Positions 52,300 through 61,447 are shown, numbered from the stretch's first letter. The stretch is DNA of 64,000 bases from Chloroflexota bacterium (GCA_016875735.1 VGOW01000007.1:5844-69843), one strand, 5' to 3'. Program-made: numbers and translations. The notes: generated from the letters alone by a model not told the origin.

Positions 52300-53379
52300 T
52301 CATCTCCCGCCGCCGATGGCGCGCGAAATCACTTTGCCGCCGTGTGTCATCACGCCGCGAGCCAAAGGCTGGCTCTGGGCAACGGCGGCGTCCACACCGA
52401 GCGCGGTGATGAGTTGAGTGTAAGGCCAGGTGGCGTTATTCAGCGCATGCGTGGCCGTGCGACCCAGCACGCCGGGCATGTTCGGCACGCAGTAGTGGAT
52501 CACGTTTTCAGTGATGAAGCTGGGGTTGCGGTGCGAGGTGGGGCGGCTCGTTTCCACGCACCCCCCCTGATCGATGGCGACATCGAGAATGATCGAGCGC
52601 GGTTTCATTTCGCGCACCATCTCTTGAGTGACGACGATGGGCGTGCGCGCGCCCGGCGCCAATACCGCGCCGATCAGCACATCGGCGAAGCGCACCACTT
52701 TGCGCACGTTGAACGAGTGCGAAACCATCGTCACGAATTTACCATCGAGCGCGGCTACCTTTTCGAGCCGGGTCAATTCTTTGTCGAGCACGTAAACGGC
52801 GGCGCCGAGTCCGGCGAAGGCGCGGGCGGCGTAGGTGCCCACCACTCCCGCGCCGAGAATGATCACTTCGGCGGGCGGCACGCCCGGCACCCCGCCGAGC
52901 AAAATGCCTTTGCCGCCGCGATCGTTGCGCAAGAGTCCGGCGGCGATACTGGCGCACATCCGCCCGGCGATCTGGCTCATGGGCATGAGCACGGGCAGTG
53001 AGCCATCATCGGCCTGAATGGTTTCGTAAGCGATGGCCGTGACTTTGAGCCGCAGCAAAGCATCGAGGTTGTCGGGAGAGGCGGCGGCCAAATGCCAAAA
53101 GGCCATCACCGTTTGGCCCGGCCTGAACCAACTCAACTCGTCGGCGGTGGGGCGCGCAACTTTGAGCACGAGATCGGCGCGGCCATACGCCTCCTCGCCG
53201 GAGTAAACGATCGTCGCCCCCGCCTTGACGAAGTCGTCATCGCTGAAGCCCGCGCCCAGCCCCGCGCCCTTTTCGACGTAGCAATGATGGCCGTCGGCGG
53301 CGAGCAGCTGCGCGCCCGCGGGGGTGAGGCCGACTCTGTTTTCGTCGGCCCGGCGTTCGCGTGGCACACCGATATTCAT
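52300..53379 (-). CDS. ald: Alanine dehydrogenase
   Basis: MNIGVPRERRADENRVGLTPAGAQLL..GH.CYVEKGAGLGAGFSDDDF and the Rossmann motif VIILGAGVVG. Start at MNIGVP (ATG 53379). Confidence 0.9.
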   Translation of the reverse strand: MNIGVPRERRADENRVGLTPAGAQLLAADGHHCYVEKGAGLGAGFSDDDFVKAGATIVYSGEEAYGRADLVLKVARPTADELSWFRPGQTVMAFWHLAAASPDNLDALLRLKVTAIAYETIQADDGSLPVLMPMSQIAGRMCASIAAGLLRNDRGGKGILLGGVPGVPPAEVIILGAGVVGTYAARAFAGLGAAVYVLDKELTRLEKVAALDGKFVTMVSHSFNVRKVVRFADVLIGAVLAPGARTPIVVTQEMVREMKPRSIILDVAIDQGGCVETSRPTSHRNPSFITENVIHYCVPNMPGVLGRTATHALNNATWPYTQLITALGVDAAVAQSQPLARGVMTHGGKVISRAIGGGR

Positions 53380-53410
53380 GGTTGAGCCTCGATCCTGCGC
53401 GCCCGGGCTT

Positions 53411-54118
53411 TCACTGCCCAAGCGCCGCGTCGATCAGTCGTTGAAACTCGCTGAAGTCCAACGGATTCTGCACTCGCTGGTTGTTGACGAAAATGGTAGG
53501 GGTGCTGGTCACGCCCATCGCGCGAGCCAGTTGCTCGTCTTCGCGCACGGCGGCGGCGTATCGGCCAGAGTCAAAGCACGAATTGAACGTCCCCGCGTCC
53601 AGCCCGATCGAGTCGGCGAACGCTTTTAGTCGGCGCGGGGCGAATGCGCCCTCGCCTTCGCCGTTCCAATTGGCGAACACCATCTTGTGGTAATTCCAAA
53701 ACTCGCTTTGCTCGTTGGCGCACTGGCTGGCCTCGGCGGCGTCGCGCGACTCACTGCCGCCCACGTTCCCATCAACGACAATGTAGTGACGATATTCGAA
53801 ACGAACCTGCCCGGTTGCAACGTATGTATCGATGATCTGACGTTCCACGTCAGTGGCAAATTGCCGACAGAACGGTCACTGGAAGTCGGAGAACTCCAGA
53901 ATCACTACCCGTGCATCTTTGGGGCCGAGCGCTTTGCCCTCGGCCATCGGCCACGTCTCTTTTTCGATGGTCGTGATCTCGCCGATGGGGCGCGTGTTCT
54001 GATACACCAAAAAGCCAGCGGCGGCCACTGCCACCAGCGCCACTCCGGCAATCACCATCCACCGCCGTTGGCGGGCCTCCTGTTGGCGCTTCCGTCTCAA
54101 TTCTTCGCGTTTGCTCAT
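53411..54118 (-). CDS. Membrane-anchored DsbA-like (Thioredoxin_4) oxidoreductase with in-frame TGA at the CxxC position (candidate selenoprotein, or pseudogene)
   Basis: ORFs 53876..54118 and 53411..53848 are in the same frame. Read-through gives ...VVILEFSDFQ-[TGA 53878..53876]-PFCRQFATDVERQIIDTYVATGQVRFEY.... TGA therefore replaces the first Cys of the canonical EFSDFQCPFC context. Confidence 0.6.
53837..53853 (-). promoter_or_regulatory. Candidate bacterial SECIS-like hairpin downstream of the in-frame UGA
   Basis: On the mRNA, the hairpin CUGACG-UGGAA-CGUCAG (6-bp perfect stem, G in the loop) starts 22 nt after the UGA. Confidence 0.35.
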
Positions 54119-54378
54119 GTGTCTCTCCTGAAGTGAAAGTATGGGGCCGAGTGTCGCGCGAGGTCGAAACCGGCCCCTGTGACATTACGTGGATGATAGA
54201 AGCCGAACCCGCCGCGCTCCAGTGACGTTCTTCCCAAATTGAAAACGAAGTATGTACTCAATGAACTCTGTCATGAGATTGAATGATGTTTCTCACTTTC
54301 TTTATCCACTATGAATTCCTAAACTGAAATCGCCGATGATCGTTTGCTCATCGCAATCATGTTCATGAAGGAGTCCTG

Positions 54379-54801
54379 ATGAAACAACAACTTGTAAAAG
54401 ATTGGATGACCGCCAACCCGGTGTGCGCCACGCCGCACACCACCCTGCCCGAGGCTCTGCAATTGATGCAAGAGCGCCGCATCCGCCGTTTGCCGGTAGT
54501 GGATAAAGGCAAACTGGTGGGCATCGTCACTCGCGGCGATCTGCGCGGCGCTCAACCTTCGGAGGCCACCAGCCTCAGCATCTTCGAGATTCATTACCTC
54601 GTCGGGCGGATCACTCTCGACCGCTTGATGACCAAAGACGTGCTCAGCGTTTCACCGAGCGCCACCGTGGGGGAAGCCGCCACCATTATGCTCAAAAACA
54701 AGATCGCCGGGCTGCCAGTGGTTGAAAGCGACCGGGTGGCGGGCATCCTCACCGAGTCGGACATCTTCCGCATGATCGTGCGGATGTGGGAAAAGGAATA
54801 A
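54379..54801 (+). CDS. CBS-domain pair protein
   Basis: Two CBS motifs (VKDWMTANPVCATPHTTL...RRLPVVDKGKLVGIVTRGDL and LMTKDVLSVSPSATV...AGLPVVESDRVAGILTESDI). Confidence 0.85.
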   Translation: MKQQLVKDWMTANPVCATPHTTLPEALQLMQERRIRRLPVVDKGKLVGIVTRGDLRGAQPSEATSLSIFEIHYLVGRITLDRLMTKDVLSVSPSATVGEAATIMLKNKIAGLPVVESDRVAGILTESDIFRMIVRMWEKE

Positions 54802-54802
54802 C

Positions 54803-55456
54803 TCAGAGCGAATCTTTGAGATTGTGTTTGGTGGCGTACGAAGCTGCTTCGGCGCGATTGGCGAGGCCAAGTTTGCTGAGGACGTTGCTCACGTAATTGC
54901 GCACCGTGCCTTCGCCCAAGTGCAGGTCTTGAGCAATTTCGCGATTCGTTTTGCCTTCGGCCACCAAGGCCAGCACGCGCCGCTCTTGCTCGGTGAGCTG
55001 AGAGAACGCGCTTGATTCTTGTTCGCGGGCCGCGCGGCGCACTTCGGCAAACACCCGCTCGGTGAGAGCCGGGTCGAGCAGAGAATTGCCCTGCCCCACC
55101 ATTTCAATCGCGCGGATCAAATCCTGCCCGCCTGCCTGTTTCAACACATACCCCGCCGCCCCGGCGCGGATGGCCGCAAACAACATACCATCCTCGGCAT
55201 AGCTGGTGAGCATAATCACTTTGGCGTCGGGGAGTTGTTTGGTGATCTCTCGGCAAGCGTCAATCCCGCTCGAACCTCCAAGCCGTATATCCAAAACAAT
55301 GACATCGGGCTTGAAGTGCAGGGCTTTCTCTAAAGCGTCGCTGGCTGTCGAGGCCTCGGCCACCACTTCCATATCCGGGTGCCGATCAATCAATGCCTTC
55401 AATCCCAAACGAACCACTTCATGGTCGTCAACAATCATGATTCTCTGTCGTCGCAT
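54803..55456 (-). CDS. NarL/LuxR-family response regulator
   Basis: Receiver (IMIVDDHEVVRLGL...VIVLDIRLG...MLTS) plus LuxR HTH (LTEQERRVLALVAEGKTNREIAQDLHLGEGTVRNYVSNVL). Confidence 0.9.
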   Translation of the reverse strand: MRRQRIMIVDDHEVVRLGLKALIDRHPDMEVVAEASTASDALEKALHFKPDVIVLDIRLGGSSGIDACREITKQLPDAKVIMLTSYAEDGMLFAAIRAGAAGYVLKQAGGQDLIRAIEMVGQGNSLLDPALTERVFAEVRRAAREQESSAFSQLTEQERRVLALVAEGKTNREIAQDLHLGEGTVRNYVSNVLSKLGLANRAEAASYATKHNLKDSL

Positions 55457-55539
55457 GGGTGTATTTTACCCGTTGCCTACCTTGCAAGACAAGTGGATCA
55501 AATAGCCGTCGGCGCGTGACTGGGATACAATTCCGGGCG

Positions 55540-57243
55540 ATGGACAGCCCTCCCCCCACCTCCTCTCGCGCCGCCGATATTCTGATCGTGCAGCTTCTCG
55601 CCCTCCGAGAAGCCGTCCTCGCCATTTCGTCAGACCTCTCGCCCATAGAAACACTCCGGCACATCGTGAAGGCCGCCGCGCAATTGGCCGACGCGCAGTA
55701 TGCAGCGATCGGCATCCCCGATGAGACCGGCGCCCAAATGATGGAGTTTGTCACCGAAGGACTCACACCCGAAGAAGCGGCGCAGATTTCGCACCCGCCG
55801 CGCGGCTACGGTGTGCTCGGTATCGTCGTCCACGAGAGCAAAGCGCTCCGCGTAAAAAACGTGAGGCAGCACCCGCGCTCGGTGGGGTTTCCGCCCAACC
55901 ATCCACCCATGGCCAGTTTTCTGGGCGTGCCCATCATTCATAAAGGGCGGCTGTTGGGCAACCTGTATCTCACGAACAAGATTCACGGCGACGAGTTCAC
56001 CGAGTCGGATCAAGCCATCATTGAACTGCTGGCCTCCCACGCCGCCAACGCCATCCAGAATGCGCGGCTGTTTCAAGCCACGCTCGATCGCAGTCAGGAA
56101 TTGCAGGAGCGCAACCGCGAATTAGCCGCCGTCAACGCGGTGGCCGTGTCCACCAGCCAGCATCTGGATTTGAGCACGGTGATGGATGAGGCAGTTCAGC
56201 ACGTGCTGGCTGTGTCGGATGCCGAAGTGGGAGAAATTTTTCTGCTCGACGAATCCAGCGACGATATGGTGCTGGCCCTGCATCACGGCCCGTTCCCCGA
56301 AGCGTTTCAATCCATCCGGCGCTTCCGGCGCGGCGAGGGGTTTCCGGGCCGGGTAGCGCTCACCGGCCAGCCCCTCGTTTCCACCAACTTGGCCGAAGAC
56401 GTGCGCTATGTGCGCCGCGAAGTCATTGAAGCCGGCTTCCGCGCTTATTGCTCGATACCGCTGTTCGCCAAAGGCAAAGTAGTGGGCACGCTCGATTTGG
56501 CCTCGCACAACGACGTCGCCTTCGACCAATCCACTCTGACCCTGCTGGCCGGCATCGGGCATCAGATCGGAGTGGCGGTGGAGAATGCGCGGCTGTACAA
56601 AAGGATTGCGCAGTTGGCAGTGCTGGAAGAGCGTCAGCGCATCGGCATGGATTTGCACGACGGCGTCATCCAATCCATTTACGCCGTCGGCCTCACTTTA
56701 GAATACGCCAATGCGCTATTGGCCGACGACGACGTGCTCGGCGCAACCGAACGATTGAAATGGGCAATCGACTCGCTCAACGCCACCATCCGCGACATCC
56801 GTTCCTATATTCTCGATCTGCGCCCGCGCCGATTCGAAGGCGACAATTTGATTTCCGGCTTGCAGCAACTGCTGGCCGAATTCAAAGCCAACACACTATT
56901 GTCGGTGGAGTTTGGAGCCGACTCCGCCGCCGACGCGGCTCTCACGCCCGATGCGCGGCTGGCGCTGTTCCACATTGCGCAGGAAGCATTGAGCAACGCC
57001 GCCAAGCACAGCCAAGCCTCGCGCATCGAAGTGCGGCTGATGAGAGACAGCGGCGACATTGTTCTCTTCCTCAAGGATAACGGCATAGGGTTCAAGCCCG
57101 AACGGGTGGAGCGGCGTGTGGGCCACGGGCTGATGAACATGCACGACCGCGCCCTCGCCATCGGCGGCATTTTCAACGTCGGCCCCGGCAGCGATGGACG
57201 GGGCACCCAAGTGCAAGTTCGTATCCCCCGACACGGCGGGTGA
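55540..57243 (+). CDS. Tandem-GAF sensor histidine kinase (HisKA_3 type)
   Basis: Two GAF-like regions, the H-box ERQRIGMDLHDGVIQSIY and an HATPase_c domain (LKDNGIGF...GHGLMNMHDRA). It is divergent from the response-regulator gene. The start is uncertain (MDSPPP chosen). Confidence 0.8.
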   Translation: MDSPPPTSSRAADILIVQLLALREAVLAISSDLSPIETLRHIVKAAAQLADAQYAAIGIPDETGAQMMEFVTEGLTPEEAAQISHPPRGYGVLGIVVHESKALRVKNVRQHPRSVGFPPNHPPMASFLGVPIIHKGRLLGNLYLTNKIHGDEFTESDQAIIELLASHAANAIQNARLFQATLDRSQELQERNRELAAVNAVAVSTSQHLDLSTVMDEAVQHVLAVSDAEVGEIFLLDESSDDMVLALHHGPFPEAFQSIRRFRRGEGFPGRVALTGQPLVSTNLAEDVRYVRREVIEAGFRAYCSIPLFAKGKVVGTLDLASHNDVAFDQSTLTLLAGIGHQIGVAVENARLYKRIAQLAVLEERQRIGMDLHDGVIQSIYAVGLTLEYANALLADDDVLGATERLKWAIDSLNATIRDIRSYILDLRPRRFEGDNLISGLQQLLAEFKANTLLSVEFGADSAADAALTPDARLALFHIAQEALSNAAKHSQASRIEVRLMRDSGDIVLFLKDNGIGFKPERVERRVGHGLMNMHDRALAIGGIFNVGPGSDGRGTQVQVRIPRHGG

Positions 57244-57309
57244 GTGAGCCCCCACAAAACAAAACTGGCCTCCAACAATATGTTGGAGGCCAGTCGATTC
57301 TCCGCACGA

Positions 57310-57744
57310 TCAATCTACCAAAGTCACTGCGGGTTGCGCGCCGTTGCCCTGCAGCATCTGCGCGAAGTTCGTCTGCGCCAAATGGGCCACAAGTTTGGCC
57401 TGAGCATCGCACCACACAGTGCGCACCGAACATTCATCGCTCATGGGGCATTGGTGCGGCTCGGTGGCACACTCGTTGAGCATCACCGGCCCGTCAATGG
57501 CTTCAACGATCTCAAGAAGCGAGATCTCCTCGGGAGCGCGGGCGAGCGACACCCCGCCGCGCGCGCCGCGAGTGGCGCGCACCACCCCCGCCGCCGCCAA
57601 CTGCGATACTATCTTTGCGAGGAACGTCGTAGGAATCAGCCGCTCGCGAGCGATCTGGGCCGTGGAGGCTCGGGCGTTTGGGCCAATTTGCGCCAGATAT
57701 AGAACCGCGCGGACCGCATAGTCTGCTTGTCGAGTAATTTGCAC
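57310..57744 (-). CDS. Rrf2-family transcriptional regulator with three-Cys cluster
   Basis: VQITRQADYAVRAVLYLA...GVVRATRGARGGVSLA (wHTH), then C-x8-C-x5-C (NECATEPHQCPMSDEC), a candidate Fe-S ligand set. Start GTG 57744 is preceded by GGGAGAGG. Confidence 0.85.
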   Translation of the reverse strand: MQITRQADYAVRAVLYLAQIGPNARASTAQIARERLIPTTFLAKIVSQLAAAGVVRATRGARGGVSLARAPEEISLLEIVEAIDGPVMLNECATEPHQCPMSDECSVRTVWCDAQAKLVAHLAQTNFAQMLQGNGAQPAVTLVD

Positions 57745-58013
57745 AGGCCTCTCCCTTTTATAACGGAATCCGATAAAGCAACTCGCCAATCACTTTACGC
57801 CTTCCCGCCCATTATACAATAGTGACTAATATCACGGGCAAAATCCGACGAGTTTCCTGATAATTGGTTATCCGCCCCCTCGACCCGATTCGGTGACGGT
57901 CTTCCACAGGTTGGCCGCCCCAACGCCCACCCCGAAAACGCGGTGACATTCGTCAAAGGCTTATCAGGAATACAGGCACTTTACCAAAAGTATGCCGATG
58001 CTATAGTGCATTC

Positions 58014-58415
58014 ATGAACGGCCCTCTGCGGGTGTATATCATTGATTGCCACGACGAAGTTCGGCGGGCGCTCGCCGCCCGGCTGAAGACCTCGCCCGAC
58101 ATTGCCGTGGTGGGCGACACGGGGGACGCCGATGAGGGCCTGCAAAAGACCACGACTCTGCAACCGGATATCTTGCTCGTCGAAACGAAACGAAGCGATG
58201 GCCGGGGGCTTGAGATCGTCAAAGCAATCGCGCAGAGCGAGTTGAAAACGAAAGTGATTGTGCTGACTTCGTACGCCAGCGAGTGGGAGCGAGTGACGAT
58301 GGCCCACAGCGGCGCGGCGAGATATTTACTGAAGGACATCGCCTCCGCGCAGCTGATTGAAGAGATTCGCGCGGTGATGAGGCAAGAGCCGGAAACAATG
58401 GCTCCGCCGAAATAA
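58014..58415 (+). CDS. Stand-alone receiver-domain protein with atypical acidic pocket
   Basis: CheY-like fold (VYIIDCHDE...DILLVETKRSDGRG...VIVLTSY...YLLKD). Glu occupies the position expected for the phospho-acceptor Asp, and Cys replaces one N-terminal Asp. Confidence 0.75.
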   Translation: MNGPLRVYIIDCHDEVRRALAARLKTSPDIAVVGDTGDADEGLQKTTTLQPDILLVETKRSDGRGLEIVKAIAQSELKTKVIVLTSYASEWERVTMAHSGAARYLLKDIASAQLIEEIRAVMRQEPETMAPPK

Positions 58416-58454
58416 AACTCCCGAATGGCAAGACCTTTCGGGAGTTTTATTTTT
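58414..58454. terminator. Bidirectional intrinsic terminator
   Basis: AAAACTCCCGAA-(11-nt loop)-TTCGGGAGTTTTATTTTT lies between convergent genes ending at 58415 and 58478. Confidence 0.8.
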
Positions 58455-58477
58455 GGGCGATCCGCATGCGGGGCGCC

Positions 58478-61411
58478 TTATTTGCGAGTCTTCTTTTTCG
58501 CCAACAATGCAGAAGCAGTGGTTTCGCCTTCCGGTTTGGGCGGCAGCGGAGTGGATTCGGTGGGTGGGTGGCTGGCTGGGTGGTTGGGTGGCTGGGTGGT
58601 TGGGAGTTTCGCCATCGTTTCGGATTGAGGAACGGAGGGGAGGGGCGAGTCGAGGGTGGAGCCTGCGCGCTGTTTGGCTTGGCGCAATCGCGAAAGCGAT
58701 TCGGCGCGTTCGGGTTCGAGCGCCGGGCGGCGCAACCCGACGACGAAGGTTTGGATTCGAGCGGCGGCGCGCCGCAGATCGTATCGGCTGATGACGAGTC
58801 GGCGAATGGCAATGTCGAATGGAAGAAGAAGGGTGGCGAGCAGAAGAAGGTAAGGCCACACCGGGCTGGTGACGTTGCGCGCCAATTGATTGTGGGCAAA
58901 GGCTTCCTTCGGGTCGTCGGCAAAGCAATCAGCGAGATTCAAAACATTCTGCTCGTTAGGCGCGCACATCCCGGTGATCAGTGTGAGTTGCGCAAGCGAG
59001 TCCACGCCTGCTTCGGGGTCGTCGGGCAATTTGTATTCGGGCGAATAGGTGAGCACCCATCCCGCAGTCTCGCCGACCGAAATGTTTGCGCCGTCGCCCG
59101 CGCCCGCCACACGAATGAGATACGCGCCCTGCTCGGTGGGCGTGAACTCGGCTTCGTACCGCCCCGGCGCAACCTGCGTCATTTCAACCGTTTGCGTCGC
59201 GCCGTCGGGGCCGACAACATTGGCGGTGAGCGCGAGGCTGTTGATGAAGTCTCCGCTGTTGTCGAAGGCATCCACCGCGAGGGTGGCGGTCTCCCCATCG
59301 AGTTTCACGTCGGCAGTGATGTCAGACTGCACACTCTCGTTGATCGTGAACCGAATCGCCTGCGCGAACAACGTGGCGAAGCCGTCCCACTGCACCCAAT
59401 CGCTCGCCCACCGCCCCGTCGCGTCGGATGTCCACGCCACCGCGCGGCCCAACCCGTACTGCCACGAAGCGAGAATCGGATCCGCCGCGCCGTCGGCGAG
59501 TTGCGAAACGAGAATCGTTTGCGCCGCCGATTTCGCCGTCGTGCCGACGTAACCGTGCAACTGCGGCACAGCCTCGATGCCTTGCATGATCGGGCTGGGC
59601 GCGATCTGTTCGGGGAAGAAACTTTCTTCGATGATATATGCGCGCGTGGCAAGCGTTGTCTCTTCGGTGAAGATTTCGGGAATGGAGGTCGGGTTCTCGG
59701 CGAAGTGATAACGCCCGCCGCCCACTTGCGCCAGCAGTTCGAGCAATTGTTGATCGGCGTCCCGCCCCACCGCAACCGTCGACATCGTGATCCCGTTGTC
59801 GTTATACATTTGCTCGACCAGCGAGGCGATGCCGGTCGGATCGGCTTGCCCATCGGTGAGCAGGATAACGTGTTTGATCTGCGAGTCGTCGTCGGGCAGT
59901 TCGGAAGCGACGGCCTGCACGCCGGAGAGAATATCGGTGCCGCCCGCTGAGCGAATGGAGGCGATGCGATTGATCACGCTGTCGGGATCGTCGAGCGGCG
60001 TGATGGGCGCCACCCAACTCGCGCTGTCGTCGAACTGCACCACCCCCACATTGTCGGTGGGCGCGAGAAGTTCGACGGCGCGAATGGCGGCCTCTTTGGC
60101 GAGTTCGATCTTCTCTGCGCCGCCGCTGGACTCGGACATGCTGCCGGAGTGATCGATGACGAATACGATGGTGAGACGCGGCCTCCGTTTCTGATCCTTC
60201 AACTGCATCTCGACCGGAAGCACGTCTTCGAGCGGCGTGCGGAAGTAGCCGCCGACTCCGTAACTGTTGGGGCCGCCGACGACGAGCAGGCCGCCGCCGA
60301 GATCGCGAACGTATTGCTCGATGGCGATCTGTTGCCGCTGGGTGAGATCGCGCGCCGGAGTGTTGACGATGACCACCGAGGCGTATTCGGCGAGCAGAGG
60401 CAGTTCGGAGGGCAAGCCCGACGGCGGCACGCGATCAAAATCGATGCCCGCCGCTTGCAGGGCCGCCGCCAACTCGCGCCCCTCGTCAATCGCCTCATCG
60501 TTCTGCCCGGTGACGAGCAACACACGCGGCGGGCCTTTCACTTGCGAGAACGCGGCCAGCTCATTGTTTTGGTAAAACGTATCCTGCCCATTCGCCGGAA
60601 CGATTTGCACTTTGTAAGCGATGAAGCCGGGTGTGCCCGCTTTGAGCGTCACCGGGTACGATTGCTCACCGGCGATCAATTCGAGCGTGCCCTCGTACAC
60701 CACTTCGGCTCCGGCGAACACGCGCACACCCACTCGCTGGGCAACCGACGATTTGACTCGGATGTTGAGGGTGAACTCTTCACCCTGCCGCAACGACGAT
60801 GGCGCGCTCACATCGGTAACGAGGGACTCGCTGGTTTGGGCCTCGCCGCGCACGACGGGCACGGCGGTGATCTGCGCCCCGGCGGCGGCGGCCAACCGCG
60901 CGGCCTCTTCGGCGTTGCCGGTGGTGGCGATGCCGTCGGAGATGATCACGATTCGTTTGGCGGCCTGCGCGGGGAAGAGGGCCAGCGCGAGTCGAATGGC
61001 TTGCGAGAGATCGGTGGCGTTGGTCACCGGGATCGAAGTGAACTCGCTGATCGTCCGCGTCGAAGTCATCGGGTGTTCCACCAGCGCATCGCCGCCGAAG
61101 AGAATCACCGCGCCTTTATCGTCCGGCCCCATTTGAGTGATGGCTCGCTGAACCCATGCCACTGCCCCGGCCTTCGCGCCTTCGGGCATCGAGTCCGACA
61201 CATCCACGAGAAAGACGACGGCGAGGTTGTCTGCGGTGCGCACGAGTTCAAGTCCGGCCAGCGAGAGCACGAGCGCGGCGAAGAGGATCAGCCGCACAGC
61301 GAGGCTGGCGATCTCCCTTCGCCGCGAGACGGCGCGCGACGGCCACCCCAACCACAGGATGAGCGGGGTGAGAAGGAAGAGGAGGAGGAAAAGGGGTGAG
61401 GAGAAAGTCAC
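58478..61411 (-). CDS. Large membrane-anchored protein with two VWA domains (BatB-like)
   Basis: GTG start. N-terminal double-TM Bat-type region (PLFLLLFLLTPLILWL...), VWA MIDAS motifs (VFLVDVSDSM and VFVIDHSGSM) and a C-terminal TM helix. A repeat-encoded PTTQPPNHPASHPPT segment lies near the C-terminus. Confidence 0.8.
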   Translation of the reverse strand: MTFSSPLFLLLFLLTPLILWLGWPSRAVSRRREIASLAVRLILFAALVLSLAGLELVRTADNLAVVFLVDVSDSMPEGAKAGAVAWVQRAITQMGPDDKGAVILFGGDALVEHPMTSTRTISEFTSIPVTNATDLSQAIRLALALFPAQAAKRIVIISDGIATTGNAEEAARLAAAAGAQITAVPVVRGEAQTSESLVTDVSAPSSLRQGEEFTLNIRVKSSVAQRVGVRVFAGAEVVYEGTLELIAGEQSYPVTLKAGTPGFIAYKVQIVPANGQDTFYQNNELAAFSQVKGPPRVLLVTGQNDEAIDEGRELAAALQAAGIDFDRVPPSGLPSELPLLAEYASVVIVNTPARDLTQRQQIAIEQYVRDLGGGLLVVGGPNSYGVGGYFRTPLEDVLPVEMQLKDQKRRPRLTIVFVIDHSGSMSESSGGAEKIELAKEAAIRAVELLAPTDNVGVVQFDDSASWVAPITPLDDPDSVINRIASIRSAGGTDILSGVQAVASELPDDDSQIKHVILLTDGQADPTGIASLVEQMYNDNGITMSTVAVGRDADQQLLELLAQVGGGRYHFAENPTSIPEIFTEETTLATRAYIIEESFFPEQIAPSPIMQGIEAVPQLHGYVGTTAKSAAQTILVSQLADGAADPILASWQYGLGRAVAWTSDATGRWASDWVQWDGFATLFAQAIRFTINESVQSDITADVKLDGETATLAVDAFDNSGDFINSLALTANVVGPDGATQTVEMTQVAPGRYEAEFTPTEQGAYLIRVAGAGDGANISVGETAGWVLTYSPEYKLPDDPEAGVDSLAQLTLITGMCAPNEQNVLNLADCFADDPKEAFAHNQLARNVTSPVWPYLLLLATLLLPFDIAIRRLVISRYDLRRAAARIQTFVVGLRRPALEPERAESLSRLRQAKQRAGSTLDSPLPSVPQSETMAKLPTTQPPNHPASHPPTESTPLPPKPEGETTASALLAKKKTRK
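58564..58603. repeat. Five tandem octamers (GTGGNTGG), reverse complement of the CCAACCAC array at 49411
   Basis: The units are gtgggtgg ctggctgg gtggttgg gtggctgg gtggttgg. They are in-frame in the minus-strand VWA gene. Confidence 0.85.
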
Positions 61412-61447
61412 GATCTAACGATCAATGAACAATGAGAAAATGAACAA
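61412..61447. repeat. Intercistronic spacer made of degenerate heptamers
   Basis: The minus strand reads TGA ttgttca ttttctc attgttc attgatc gttagat c GTG. It fills the whole gap between the two VWA genes and has no obvious GGAGG RBS. Confidence 0.55.

Noticed and set aside
53858-53868. Small palindrome GGCAATTTGCC as the SECIS candidate
   Set aside because: The stem would be only 4-5 bp with a 1-3 nt loop, and it starts about 10 nt after the UGA. The 6-bp CUGACG/CGUCAG hairpin further downstream fits expected SECIS spacing better. Neither has been validated.
54180-54378. AT-rich 200-bp intergenic region as a possible riboswitch or sRNA
   Set aside because: I could not recognise any conserved riboswitch core, terminator or convincing promoter. 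It is most simply the divergent promoter region for the DsbA-like and CBS genes.
58466-61399. 494-aa and 416-aa plus-strand ORFs antisense to the 977-aa VWA gene
   Set aside because: The minus-strand frame has two MIDAS-containing VWA domains and Bat-type TM segments. The plus-strand products are R/G/D-rich low-complexity sequence.
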